A DNA stretch of 64,000 bases from Octopus vulgaris (Eukaryota), in contig OX597828.1 of NCBI GenBank assembly GCA_951406725.2, forward strand, positions 48,484,001 through 48,548,000, given 5' to 3'. The notes under the pieces were generated by a model. It saw nothing but the letters and a program-made list of their open reading frames with translations. It did no database searches and was not told the origin of the DNA. Of this stretch, positions 14,823 to 27,563 are shown piece after piece (position 1 is the stretch's first letter; the number at the start of each line of letters is the position of its first letter). The position numbers and the translations under genes were made by a program.

Positions 14823-15275
14823 TACAGACACACATATATGTATTTATGTATGTATTTATACATACATACATATATACATATACATCCATGTATGTATGTA
14901 TATATATATTCATACATGTACACTGATTGCATGTTCGTTTACGTGTATACATAATATATGTATATTTGTCTGAATACCTAATATCTACGTTCGTTTTTAT
15001 ATGGATGTATGTTCATATATTTCTTCGTTTGTATGTGTGTACATCGATTGCGTATGTTTAATGTATATATAGTAATGTTAAGTACCATGTTGTCTAACTG
15101 GTTATTTAATTCTGATTTTTTTTTATTTGTGCAATATACACCGGGATATATACATACATATATACACACACACACACACACACATATATCAATATATACA
15201 AACACACATACACGCACATACATATATATATATACATATACACATATACACAGGTATATATACAACCCACCCACA

Positions 15276-15315
<40 letters not shown>

Positions 15316-15320
15316 CAAAC

Positions 15321-15358
<38 letters not shown>

Positions 15359-15677
15359 AGGTATATATATATATATATATGTCATAGTGACTTCTGGTTG
15401 ATTCAGAATCAATGGCTACCTGGAGTTTCGTTGTGAATCACGAAATATTACAGACAGGATCACATTTCTCTTACTGGTTCGTTCCACCTGTAATTGAAAG
15501 AAGAGAAAAATATCAATGAAATTATGCTGATGCCGATGACGACGACGATGATGATGATGAATGTGATGGATGATAATGATGATGGTGATGCTGAGGAGGA
15601 GGATAATGAAGATGATGACGGTGATGATTATGTTAAGACGAATATGACACTGATGATTATTTACACACAATGCTATC

Positions 15678-15747
<70 letters not shown>

Positions 15748-16382
15748 TAAGAAGCTTGCATTGCAACGACATGGTTCTGAGTCCAATCGCATCGCGTAGC
15801 ACTTCAGCGAAGTGCTTTCTTCTGTAGTCCCGGACCGACCAAAACTTTGTAAATGATATTGGTAAACGGAAACTGTCTTTGTGTTTGTCCTCCAACCATT
15901 TGGCAACCGGTGTTGGTTTATTTATGTTTCAGGAACTTAATGGTTCAGCAATAGAGAATTATATAATAAATCCCGGGCTTAAACGCAAATATTGAAATCC
16001 ACTTCTTTTACTAAACCCTTCAACACATTACTGGTTTTTTCCTTTATTAATGTCCTCTATGCCTTCATTTCATTATCCTATACCCTTCTCATTTTCCCTA
16101 TTTCTCTCCGATGACGGAATATCCCAGAGTATGGGATATCCCATAAACAGCTGTAAGACTTTGAATTTTTTCCAATAATAATAATAATGTATATGACTTT
16201 AGATGTTTGCCTTGCCTTAACGTTTGTCGTCCTCTTTAACAATTATATATCCGCTACATCGGAAATCTGCAATGGCTCCCTAACTACTGTCTCGGCTGCT
16301 TGGAGCCCCAGTAATCCCTTACAGCACTTACCTAGTGTAGCTAATCGTTTAGATCACCTGTGAACTAAACCCCCCATACTTT

Positions 16383-16417
<35 letters not shown>

Positions 16418-16465
16418 TATATATACATATATATAACATATAAATATAATATATATATATATATA

Positions 16466-16523
<58 letters not shown>

Positions 16524-16627
16524 TACACACACACATATATATATACATATATATAATATACATACACATGATGGTGGTGCTCTAGTATGGCCGCAGTCAA
16601 ATAACTGAATCAAGTTAAAGAATAAAA

Positions 16628-16673
<46 letters not shown>

Positions 16674-17049
16674 GTATATGTATATATGTATACACGCACA
16701 CACGCGCGCGCACACCGATGCCCTGGATGAACGTGGAATGCAAATGAACCTAGAAGTTACCACTGGATGCCACATCTTACGATATCTATGCAGCAGAAAC
16801 ACGTGTCGGACAAATATTTAGAATGAACATATTGTACATAATACTGTGATAAACAAGCTTTTCAGCCTCTACAATTCCCCATTCGTATTTCAATGTCTTC
16901 TATATCTGTTCAGGCTGTCCATAAAGTCTCTTCACAATTTCAGACAATTATTACGAAGGCAATTGATGGGATATGCTTATCAGATTTGTTCTATAGATTC
17001 AGTGGTTATCGAAGCTTTTAACTACATTGTATTTGTGTTTTTCAGATAC

Positions 17050-17820
17050 CCTGTTGATGGAGAAGGCTCAGTTAAATGAAACCCTAAAAATGCGGCTACT
17101 CATCAAGAAAAGGCACAACGTCTATTGTGGTTTATTGAAAGAAAATCGGACACACAGACCCAACGAAACTACAGGGTTTAGTATGGAAGGCATCCACTGT
17201 CACGTCTGTCAATTCGTGCATGGCACAAGGAGTTTATGGAAACAGGAGCAGTGTTGGATAAAGGGAAGAGCGGATGATCAAAATTATCTGAGGTAAACAT
17301 CGATCGTGTAAGACTATCGTTTGCTAGTTCTCTTACAAAGTCCATACGTACTGCTGCCAGACAGTTACAGATATCACATTCAACATTGCACAAATTCCTA
17401 CTCAAGAACTAGCGATTGTACGCTTACGAAGTGCAACTCTTACAGGCACTCGAACCAAATGATAAACCAAAACCAAAAGAGTTTGCAGTTAACATGCTGG
17501 AGGGAGCTTCTGCTGATACAGCTTTCCTCATCTGAGTTTGTTTTAGTGATGAGGCAACCTTTCCTGTTTCAGGGAAACTGAATACACATAATGTGAGGAT
17601 CTGGGGACTCCATGTGACTAGAGAACTTCACCGAAATAGTTCAAAGGGGAATGTCTGGTGTGGGATAACGTGCAATCGAATCATTGGCTAATTTTTCTTC
17701 ACAGAGAGATCAATTTCTACAAATGTTTACCATGACCTTTTGACAGAATATATGGCACCACAACTTGATGACCTTCAACCAGCTATCTTTTGCCAGCAGG
17801 ATGGTGCACCATCACATTGG
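17050..17820 (+). mobile_element. Decayed Tc1/mariner-superfamily transposase
   Basis: KSIRTAARQLQISHSTLHK...YAYEVQLLQALEPNDKPKPKEFA...FSDEATFPVSGKLNTHNVRIWG...NVWCGI...QQDGAPSHW, with stops and frameshifts. Confidence 0.8.
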
Positions 17821-18312
17821 ATATATATATATATATTCAAAATATGACCGCATGTGTACCGTTGAAGAATTTTTTTCCTCCGTCTTCCCTTCTTTGGATC
17901 TTTCCTTTTCCTATGTTTCTGACGAAGAGCTCCACTCAAAACGTTAAACCCTCCTTCTTCCCTTCTTTCCTGATCGTCCAATAACACTATACTTGTTCCA
18001 CGTCCTCGCGTTGTGTTTTCTCTTTGTGTTTTCATGTTTGAATTAACTATATATATGTGTGTGTGTGTGTATGTATGTACAGCAATCTATCTATATTTCC
18101 ACCGTATATCATAAAAACTTATTTATCTATCTAAATAATACATATAATGTGTGTGTATGTGTGTGTGTGTGTACACATATTCCTATTAATTCCTTCTTTC
18201 TTATGATCCATACTCATGTAATATCAGTTTTAAAGATACAAGTGTCATAATCTGACTTGATACCAGTTCTTTAGCATGCCTATATTTCTATCATTTTATG
18301 CTTTTACACACG

Positions 18313-18382
<70 letters not shown>

Positions 18383-18869
18383 AAATGAGGCATGGAGAAG
18401 GAGAGAGAGAAAGAGAAAGAAAGAGAGGAGAGAGAAAGAGACAAACTGGCAGACAGACAGACAAACGGACAGAACACATCAGTAAGATCGTCTCTCGTAC
18501 CAGCTGAGCTAAGCCTGGGACACACAAAAATCCTTCTGTGAATCTTAACAGATGTCTCCATATTAGGAGACAATAAACACCAACTTGTCTCTATTAATAT
18601 ATGTCCGCAGGTATGGAGGCAGACCACCCTCAATGCACACACCACAAATTGTTGTCCTAGAAAGTCTGCAGACGCAACCACCCAGACACACTACCATATA
18701 TAAATTGCAGTCATTAACCCGCGTGACCTAAAGGCACTGGGATATATCAGATGACGTAACGGCTTGCCATTGGCTAGAACGTCAAGGCGCAAGCCGAAAA
18801 AGGAGGGCGAAAGAGAGAGGCATAGTGTGGGAGGAAGGGAGAGAGAGAGAGTAGGAAGGAGAGAGAGAG

Positions 18870-18916
<47 letters not shown>

Positions 18917-19286
18917 TGGTTATACAAACGTGAAGGCAATGGTGATGATGTTGGTTGTTAAAGGGTGTAGTTCAATGTTCTTCTTTAGCCCTAGGTCAGC
19001 TTTGACAAAGCACACAACTAATATTCCCAGTGTATGTAAGGAAATAAGGACCATGTCATCGACCGAGTCCTTTTCCAAGAAGTTAGAGTATGATGTGGTA
19101 GCGATTTGGCTGCTGTTTCTAGCAGGTTCGTACATACATGCAGAGGAAGCCTCGTTGGTTTCAATGGAGGAGATCGCCTGTGTTGGGAGATGTATATGTC
19201 TACGTGTCTGTGAGTATGTGTGTAGTTCTGTATATGTATTGGTGTATATATGCATATGTGGTTATGCATATGCACACATGTATATA

Positions 19287-19324
<38 letters not shown>

Positions 19325-19425
19325 ATCATAGACAGCCATATATACACGTAAACACGTTTTGACGTATCTCTTTATCGCTTTCCTCTATTTTTGTATCTCA
19401 AACATACGCATACATGTAAACATAC

Positions 19426-19511
<86 letters not shown>

Positions 19512-19572
19512 GTGTATATATATATATATATATTCATATATATATATACACACATATATATACATACACACT

Positions 19573-19619
<47 letters not shown>

Positions 19620-19779
19620 GGATATATACATACATATATATGGATAAATACATTATATATATATATATGTGTGAATATATATTTATGTCTATATAGATAT
19701 TCTAATACAGGCATATAATCCCATGTATATATGTATGTATAGATATATGTATACACAGACACACACACACATATATATA

Positions 19780-20889
19780 CGTGGTCTGATCAATAAGTAT
19801 CCGGATTGTTACCATAGTAAAGAAGTTAAAACGCGCAGAGTGAAGCCACTTGACACAGATTGACCTTGAACTCTGTTGTGCATGCGCACTAAGTTTTAAC
19901 ATCCTAGCTCTTTTATGCTGTAAACGGCAGTGCTTGGAAGTAACGTGTGAAACGTGTGATCGTTGCATTGACAATGACGAAGCAAGTTGAGCAGAGAATC
20001 TGCCTCAAATTTTGCCAAAAGCTTGGCGAGACCTGCTCAGAGGCCTACACAAAGTTTTCAAAAAGCTTTCATCGTTCTCGACAAAATCTTGTCCAACTGA
20101 AACCCGAGTGGCTTTTTGGTCAGCTGAAAGCAGTTTTGGCACTAACTTGGCAGACCCCAATCTTCAGAGATAATGGACTGAACTGAACCGTAACTAATCT
20201 GGACATCCTCTGATAATTCACGGATGGTGATTCGACGATTTCCCCTCACAGCTGCACGCATATCTGCAATGTTTTTCACAGTTCTGCTGTTTGCAGGTCT
20301 CCCGGGACGTTCGTCAATATTGACATTTTTTCTTCTGTCATGGTCAATGCTATGATCGCACGTTACACAAGTTACTTCCAAGCACTACTGTAAATAGCAG
20401 AAGTGACCTAGAACATTAAAACTTAGTGTACATGCACAGCAGAGTCCAAGGTCAATTTGTGCCAAGAGGCTTTACACTGCATGTTTAGCTTCGTTACTAT
20501 AGCAACAGTCTGGATCTCATTCTCGCCCACAACATCATAAGCGGAAAGTGTAACCTCTCGAAAGAGCTGTTCTTCACTCCTGCTCCAGAGCGTCGGCTGC
20601 GGGGTCATTCCGAAAAGCTCTACCTGCGACGATTTCATCTCAATCGAAGGAGAGGAGCTTTCTCCGTCCGGGTTGCGGATCCGTGGAACAAGCTGCCAGA
20701 CGAGATGGTGAAGATGCCGACGACCGCTTTGTTCAAAGCCTCCCTTGACCTCAAGTGGCCTGAACTCTTTACATGAACACCACCCTGTACTTAACTCCAT
20801 GTCCCCCTACATGGTCTTGCTATTTGCTTTTGAGCCAAATTAACTAACTAACTAACTAGCTAACTAACTAACTTATTGCTCTGACCTCG
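19780..20889. mobile_element. Second copy of the rearranged mariner (opposite orientation, TA flanks), right TIR split by a CR1 insertion
   Basis: TA|cgtggtctgatcaataagtatccgga...acttattgctctgacctcg|TA. EQRICLKFCQKLGETCSEAY on +, DERPGRPANSRT...RRITIRELSEDVQISYGSV on -. Confidence 0.85.
20516..20870 (+). mobile_element. CR1-type LINE 3' end with (TAAC)n tail
   Basis: LILAHNIISGKCNLSKELFF...RLRGHSEKLYLRRFHLNRRRGAFSVRVADPWNKLPDEMV...FKASLD is a CR1 ORF2 C-terminus, followed by a short UTR and a taactaac tail. Confidence 0.8.
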
Positions 20890-20911
20890 TATATGCACAT
20901 ATATAAATTCT

Positions 20912-21240
20912 GAGACCCCCCTTCGGTCACGACACAGACCATGGGATTGCACCTAGAAAGTTACTCCCCCAAGCACAAGTCCGGGCAGGGTTGTTTATGG
21001 AAAACCAGCAGTCGCCCATGCATACCGGCCTCTCCTCTCCACGCCACCAGAGAAAGGCAAAAGCCGTAACAGCTTGGCACCCGTGACGTCGCAACTCATT
21101 TTTACAGCTGAGTGAACTGGAGCAACGTGAAATAAAGTGTCTTGCTCAAGAACACAACACGCAGCCCGATCCGGGATTCGAGCTCACAACCTCACGATCG
21201 TAAGCTCGACGCTCTAACCACTGAGCCATGCACCTTCACA
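20912..21240 (-). mobile_element. tRNA-derived SINE of another family (related heads at 41398-41702, 59170-59500 and degenerate 34085-34400, all -)
   Basis: Reverse complement tggctcagtggttagagcg...gagctcgaatccc, followed by tgtgttcttgagcaagacact. Confidence 0.75.
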
Positions 21241-21266
21241 CATATATAAATACAAATACACAATTA

Positions 21267-21696
21267 GGATCTTTTCGGTTTGAACGGCGGTTTATTCTAG
21301 CGGTGTCATATGAAATTGTCACCCATAATTATGACCCTAGTATCGATATATTGCATTTCAATCTGTTTTAGGGTTAGAGTTAGTTAGGGTTAGGGTTAGG
21401 GGTGGGGGGAGGGTATTTTTTTTTTCTTCATAAATGTAAATAAACCCAATCTGTTTCTTAAACGAGGGACATATTCATACGGCACAGAATGTTTTCACCT
21501 CAATAGACGTCATTGATTGGTTGAAATTGCGGAATTGAAGAAAAAAACAACAAACATCTTACAAATTATAGAATTTTCTCAATGAAGCCAAGAGAAAAAG
21601 ATGTTTTATAAACACATTCTACCTGTATACGAAGTTTAAAATTTTTTAGTTACCTAGAAATTATGTTAAAAACTGCCGTTCAAACCGATAAGATCC
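21267..21696. mobile_element. MITE with about 27-bp TIRs and internal TTAGGG repeats
   Basis: ggatcttttcggtttgaacggcggttt ... aaactgccgttcaaaccgataagatcc, with ttagggttagagttagttagggttagggttaggg at 21368-21401. Confidence 0.75.
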
Positions 21697-21944
21697 CACA
21701 ATCACACACACACACACACACACATGTACACATTATTCTACAACAAGAATATTATTGACAGTGTCTTGTCTCTTTCAGGCAGTTAACGATGGCTTAGCTG
21801 CCCAAAACTTCGATGTCACTGTCAATGGTATTCTTATTAAAGAATAATAGATTCGAACTCAGTAAAAGTATAGCGAAACCCATCAGATTAATGTAAAATA
21901 GCTTTGTATCATTATAACTAAACAGAAAAGCAAACATTAACATA

Positions 21945-22329
21945 GGCGTAGAAGTGGCTGTGTGGTAAGTAGCTTGCTTACCAACCACATGGTTCCGGGT
22001 TCAGTCCCACTGCATGGCACCTTGGGCAAGTGTCTTCTACTATAGCCTCGGGCCGACCAAAGCCTTGTGAGTGGATTTGGTAGACGGAAACTGAAAGAAG
22101 CCCGTCGTATATATGTATATGCATATATATGTGTGTATGTTTGTGTCTGTGTTTGTCCCCCCAACATCGCTTGACAACCGATGCTGGTGTGTTTACGTCC
22201 CCGTAACTTAGCGGTTCGGCAAAAAAGAGACCGATAGAATAATTCCTGGGGTCGATTTGCTCGACTAAAGGCGGTGCTCCAGCATGGCCGCAGTCAAATG
22301 ACTGAAACAAGTAAACGAGTAAAGAGTAG
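21945..22329 (+). mobile_element. SINE family A, full length
   Basis: Full head-to-tail copy, with attaacata duplicated on both flanks. Confidence 0.9.
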
Positions 22330-22364
22330 AGAGATTAACATATAAATGCACATGCATATGTATA

Positions 22365-22902
22365 TTTCTTTACTACCCACAAGGGGATAAACAAGGACAG
22401 ACAAACGGATTAAGTCGATTATATCGACCCCAGTGCGTAACTGGTACTTAATTTACCGACCCCGAAAGGATGAAAGGCAAAGTCGACCTCGGCGGAATTT
22501 GACATCAGAACGTAAAGACAGACGAAACGGGGCTAAACACAGAGAGGACAAACAAGGACAGACAAACGGATTAAGTCGACTTTATCGACCCCAGTGCGTG
22601 ACTGGTACTTATTTAATCGACCCCGAACGGATGAAAGGCAAAGTCGACCTCGGCGGAATTTGAACTCAGAACGTAAAGACAGACGAAAAGGGACTAAACA
22701 CAGAGAGAACAAACAAGGACAGAGAAACGGATTAAGTCGATTATATCGACCCCAGTGCGTAACTGGTACTTAATTTATTGACCACGAAAGGATGAAAGGC
22801 AAAGTCGACCTCGGCGGAATTTGAACCCAGAACGTAACGGCAGACGAAATACGGCTACGCATTTCTCCCGGCGTGCTAACGTTTCTGCCTGCTCGCCGCC
22901 TT
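22365..22902 (-). mobile_element. SINE family B, tandem trimer of the body
   Basis: Three units of about 160 bp (acaaggacagacaaacggattaagtcga...aaggatgaaaggcaaagtcgacctcggcggaatttgaac) and a single head ending cgccgcctt. Monomers at 7170-7375 +, 8680-8892 -, 27601-27835 -, 46038-46268 -, 48368-48583 - and 57175-57600 -. Confidence 0.85.
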
Positions 22903-23510
22903 TTATGTGTTTATATATATATTTACGTGTGTGTGTATGTGTGTGTTTGTGTGTGTACATATGTATGTAAACAGAAAGATAAAGTCCGCCGCAAACTGAG
23001 GTGTTTTCTCTCTCAGAACAACGAGTTCCTTTGTATTTTGACGTCATCGTTACATTGCTTGCCCGGGGTCGTTGCACCAAGCCTCCCCGCTTTTTTTCTG
23101 TCCTTACTTCATTCGTTTGTTGTTGGTTTAGTTTTGGTATTATTTTTGTTGCTTGTTATTATTTTTATTTTTTCGGTGGAGGGGAGGGGGTTGTGTTTTT
23201 GTTTTCTTCTTTATCTGAAAATAGCAATGGCGGAGGACAAGGGGAGGTTGAAGGTAGAGAAAGCAAGGCGGGGTTGCCGCAAGGTAGTGTCTGGGCGGGA
23301 AGGTAGAGAGGTGAGCGATGGTTCGAGGCGGAGGAAGGGTCGCAAAGGTAAGAAATACAAAACGGAGAAATAAGCTAATCTGTATGAAGTGTATATATAT
23401 ATGTGCGCGCATATAACCCTATAAATATGCAATAAGAATTCGTGCTCTGTGTGTGTAAGTGTGCATGCGCATGGACGCGTATTTTTGTGTTAATAATAAT
23501 AATAATAATG

Positions 23511-23593
<83 letters not shown>

Positions 23594-23639
23594 TATACTA
23601 ATAATAGTAATAATAAAAATAATGATGATGATGATGATG

Positions 23640-23721
<82 letters not shown>

Positions 23722-23809
23722 TGATGATAATAATGATAATAATAATAATAATAAAAATGATGGTGATGATAATAATAATAATAATAATAAAAATGATGAT
23801 GATAATAAT

Positions 23810-23861
<52 letters not shown>

Positions 23862-23864
<3 letters not shown>

Positions 23865-24160
23865 GCAAAAGGGGCTGATTTTGGAAACCCCAAAATGGCA
23901 GAAATTCAAAAGATAGTGCTCATGAGAACTGCCCATATACTACGCAAAATACTTTCTATGTAATCTCAAGTCTTAAAACAGACACATAATTTTCTTACGG
24001 TTTCTTAAAAATTCTCTAGAACAACACCATGTACAAAACGAAAATGTATGGCACCCTAGGCATAACACCAGCATGAACTTCCAACTTGTTGTTTCTTGAG
24101 GTCTCTGGGTGAGACTTGGAGCCAACTTGTACAAATGTAAAGCAAAAGTCAAACATAGAA
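23862..24160 (+). mobile_element. Second R4/Dong-like 3' end within an (AAT)n array
   Basis: GNPKMAEIQKIVLMRTAHILRKILSM* plus about 200 nt of 3' UTR, flanked by (AAT)n. Confidence 0.7.
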
Positions 24161-24180
24161 TAATAATAATGATGATGATA

Positions 24181-24223
<43 letters not shown>

Positions 24224-24522
24224 CGATGATGATGATGAAGACCATGATGATGCTGTTAAACAGCCCTTATTCCGGGACGTTTTGAGTGGGATGGGCTACA
24301 CGACCTGAGTAAAATTCTAACTGGACCCCACTTGCAAAGTCATGTGCTGTTTATCATAATATGAGGTCGCCATGTCGCGCACATATGGTTGAGATGCATG
24401 TACCTGCTGTACCCTTATTAGACGGGTGGTCATGATGAATATACTGGGCTTCATATATTTGCACCCCAGCGTCGCTTTAAAGGCGTGTCTTGCTTTCTCA
24501 CTCAATAATGATGAAGATGATG

Positions 24523-24560
<38 letters not shown>

Positions 24561-24565
<5 letters not shown>

Positions 24566-25120
24566 CCCTGATGCAATACCAGGCAGTGGGTCTCATGGCT
24601 TCTGATCTTAGCTGATTGGAAGTGTTATCATGTACATTGTTTTGTCTTGGTATAAAAGATGGATTACAGCAAATATTCTGCTCAATGCCACAGATTTGCT
24701 TGTCAGTTGTTTGACCGTAACCAGTTGAGCATGTCCCTTGGTGGCTGACGATATGTGCATCTCTGATCATGAACAGAAGTAGTGGGGTAGCATCATAGCC
24801 ATGTGTCGAGAGGGATTCTTTGGGTTTTGAATAATTCACCTCCGGAAACATGGGTGTTTCGTTCAACACCCTTAAACAACCCTTATTCAGGGACCTTTTG
24901 AGCGAGCTGGGCTACTCGACCTCAAGAAAATTCTAACTGGGCCCTACCTGCTAGATCATACGCTGTTTATCTTGATATGAGATCACCATGTAGTGCACAC
25001 ATGGTTGTGATGCATGTTCCTGGTGTACCCTTATCAGCCGGGTAGCCATGATAAGTATAATGGGCTTCGTATATTTTACGCCAGTGCCACTTTGGGGACA
25101 TGCACTGCTCTCTCACTCAA
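24561..25120. mobile_element. About 550-bp non-coding interspersed repeat embedded in (AAT)n (partial copy 24255-24505; inverted copy 33340-33889)
   Basis: Three alignable copies, each bordered by (AAT)n/(GAT)n in the same relative orientation. No ORF. Confidence 0.75.
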
Positions 25121-25685
25121 TAATAATAATGATGATAATGGTAATGACGATGATGATCTTGGTGATGATGATGACGACGACGACGATGATGATGATGATG
25201 ATGATGGTGATGATTATAATGATGATGATGATGATGATGGTGATGATGGTGATGATGATGATGATGACGACGACGATGATGATGATGGTGATGATGATGA
25301 TGATGATGATGATGACGACGACGATGATGATGATGATAATGGTGGTGTTGGTAATGATGATTTTTTTTACTACAAGCACAAGTCCAACGCTATTACGGTA
25401 ACGTCGTCCGTATCTTTAAACGTGGGCACAATGTAGATAACAAATGATAGTTCTATATAAAACGTCTCCAGAGAGATGCTGTGTGTAAATAAACACCATA
25501 AGAACATTGGACAGGTGTATATAATATTTACCGCGGGGAACATTGATATTTCATGTCTTTCAATGTCCTGTTCAACATCCTCTTCGTCACGGTTACAATC
25601 TTACTCTCGTGTCTGAAGCCCTAACTTGCCTGACACAGTTGAGGGCGTGACAAACTGATCGGGTAGCAAATCAACTCTGCGAAAG

Positions 25686-25898
25686 TGTGACAAGGTGACA
25701 AGGTGACAGGATGACAGGATGATAGGGTGACAGATGACAGGATGACAGAACGATAAGATGCAGAGTGACAGGGTGACAAATTGATAGGATGACGAGTGAC
25801 AGGGTGACAGAATGACAGAGTGAATGGTGACAAGGTGATAGGGTGACAGAATGACAGAGTGAATGGTGATAAGGTGATAGGGTGACAGAATGACAGGG
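25686..25898. repeat. TGACA-based minisatellite
   Basis: Tandem gggtgacagaatgacagagtgaatggtgac variants. Confidence 0.75.
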
Positions 25899-26057
25899 CG
25901 AAAAGCTGCAGATTAAAAGTGGCTGTGTCTTGTTGGATTCTCACTGAGCTTATACCTTGGTACTTCCGGGGTTGGGGGAGCATATATTATATTGTCAGTG
26001 AGATATTTGCAAGGGCCCAACTTTTGCTTTCGGTGAGGGATTTCTAAAAGTACTTAC

Positions 26058-26205
26058 CATGTTTACAACGGGGCATTTTACATGTTCTTTTCACTAGGGG
26101 CCGAAGTTTATTGTAGCAATTATTTTTGGCAGGTAAACCGGTTTTCTCCCAAAGACACCACAAGGATCTCGTCTGAACTCCATAACTTCCACATTGTCCA
26201 TGGCA
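26058..26205 (-). CDS. Internal exon (148 bp, phase 0-1) of the ADAMTS-like gene, last TSP1 repeat
   Basis: ttatttacag|TGC...CAT G|gtaagt. CHGQCGSYGVQTRSLWCLWEKTGLPAKNNCYNKLRPLVKRTCKMPRCKH. Not in the ORF track. Confidence 0.9.
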
Positions 26206-26380
26206 CTGTAAATAAAGAAAACAGCGATATGTTATTCTGGTGGGTACGATATAATATGATAGGATGTATGACTTGTATATCTATATATCTATATATATTA
26301 TGTATCATGTGTCATATATATATATATATATATATATATAAACGGGGGGGGGGGTGCACGTAACGCCGCAATAATATAAG

Positions 26381-26791
26381 AATGAATGTTTTTATATATA
26401 ATGAACGTGAAACACAGGAAGGGACGAACACGGAACACAGACAAATCATTCGAAGCCTTCAATCTTCAGTCAGACACCGAATCATCATAGCAAATTTCGG
26501 CTGTTCAATTCTGATATTTGCTCCAACTCGGCCAAGCTTAGTTTTTTTTCTTGGGGCTGGCCGAGTTGGAGCAAATATCAGAATTGAATTCAGCCGAAAT
26601 TTGCTTATGATGATTCGGTGTCTGACTGAAGATTGAAGGCTTCTACAGGATAGTACTGTTTCATTCAGAATGATTTGTCTGTGTTCCGTGTTCAAGGAGT
26701 CAGTGGTAAGTTAGATGAAAGAATAGATAAATAAAAAAATAAATAAAAATAATAATAATAAAATAATAAAATAATAAAATAAAATAAAAAT

Positions 26792-26822
<31 letters not shown>

Positions 26823-27070
26823 TAAAAAATAAAATAAAATAAAATAAAATAAAATAAAAAATAAAAAATAAAAAATAAAAAAATAAAAAAATAAAGAATA
26901 TAAAAAATATATATAATATATATAAAAAATATATATATAAGGATTCGTCCCTGTATTGGATTGTGTATATATATATGTATATGTATATTTGTATGTATGT
27001 ATGTGTGTATGTGTAGGTATGTATAGGTACCACACATGTATGTTCACGTTCATTATATATAAAAACATTC

Positions 27071-27073
<3 letters not shown>
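26381..27073. repeat. Nested inverted repeat (fold-back) in the short ADAMTS-like intron
   Basis: Inner arms 26426-26534 / 26558-26693 are near-perfect (24-nt insert in the right arm). Outer arms are 26381-26411 / 27043-27073. Confidence 0.9.
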
Positions 27074-27112
<39 letters not shown>

Positions 27113-27139
27113 GTATAATACTTATTATATATAAATTGC

Positions 27140-27215
<76 letters not shown>

Positions 27216-27220
<5 letters not shown>

Positions 27221-27290
27221 AAGCGGCTTAACATTGCGTATTTTAGCTTTGTTACCTTGGTAACAGTCCGGATACTTATTGATCAGACCG
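27216..27290. mobile_element. Solo end/TIR of the same mariner family
   Basis: gttaccttggtaacagtccggatacttattgatcagacc matches the TIRs at 13666 and 19780. Confidence 0.7.
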
Positions 27291-27371
27291 CGCGCACACG
27301 CACACACAGACACACGCACACACATACACACATATGCATATATTTATATATATATATATATTTATTCGTAC

Positions 27372-27563
27372 CTTTTTCCATGATGTCGCTGTTACCCAAT
27401 TCGCTCGACATAATGGTGTTGAACACTTTCTCTCTAATGATGGAGGCAAAGACAAATTGTCACAATTGCGCCGCCTGGTGATCGAATGTGACATACTGTC
27501 GTAGCAGACTATTCGCCGTCGTTGTGTGGACATGTTGTCGCGGATGCAAGACATGGGATGGCA
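27372..27563 (-). CDS. Internal exon (192 bp, phase 0-0) of the ADAMTS-like gene, TSP1 repeat
   Basis: ttcttcag|TGC...AAA AAG|gtacga. CHPMSCIRDNMSTQRRRIVCYDSMSHSITRRRNCDNLSLPPSLERKCSTPLCRANWVTATSWKK continues WGK from the 43450 exon. Confidence 0.9.

Noticed and set aside
18923-19200. The 131-aa ORF at 18930-19325
   Set aside because: It overlaps a diverged interspersed repeat and microsatellite, with no recognisable domain.
22365-22902. CRISPR-like or other prokaryotic array
   Set aside because: The units are whole SINE bodies with no unique spacers. The context is eukaryotic and no cas genes are present.
24561-25120. HDV-like ribozyme in the (AAT)n-embedded element
   Set aside because: ccctga/tcaggg and a CTAA motif are present, but I could not build P2/P3 in the required order.
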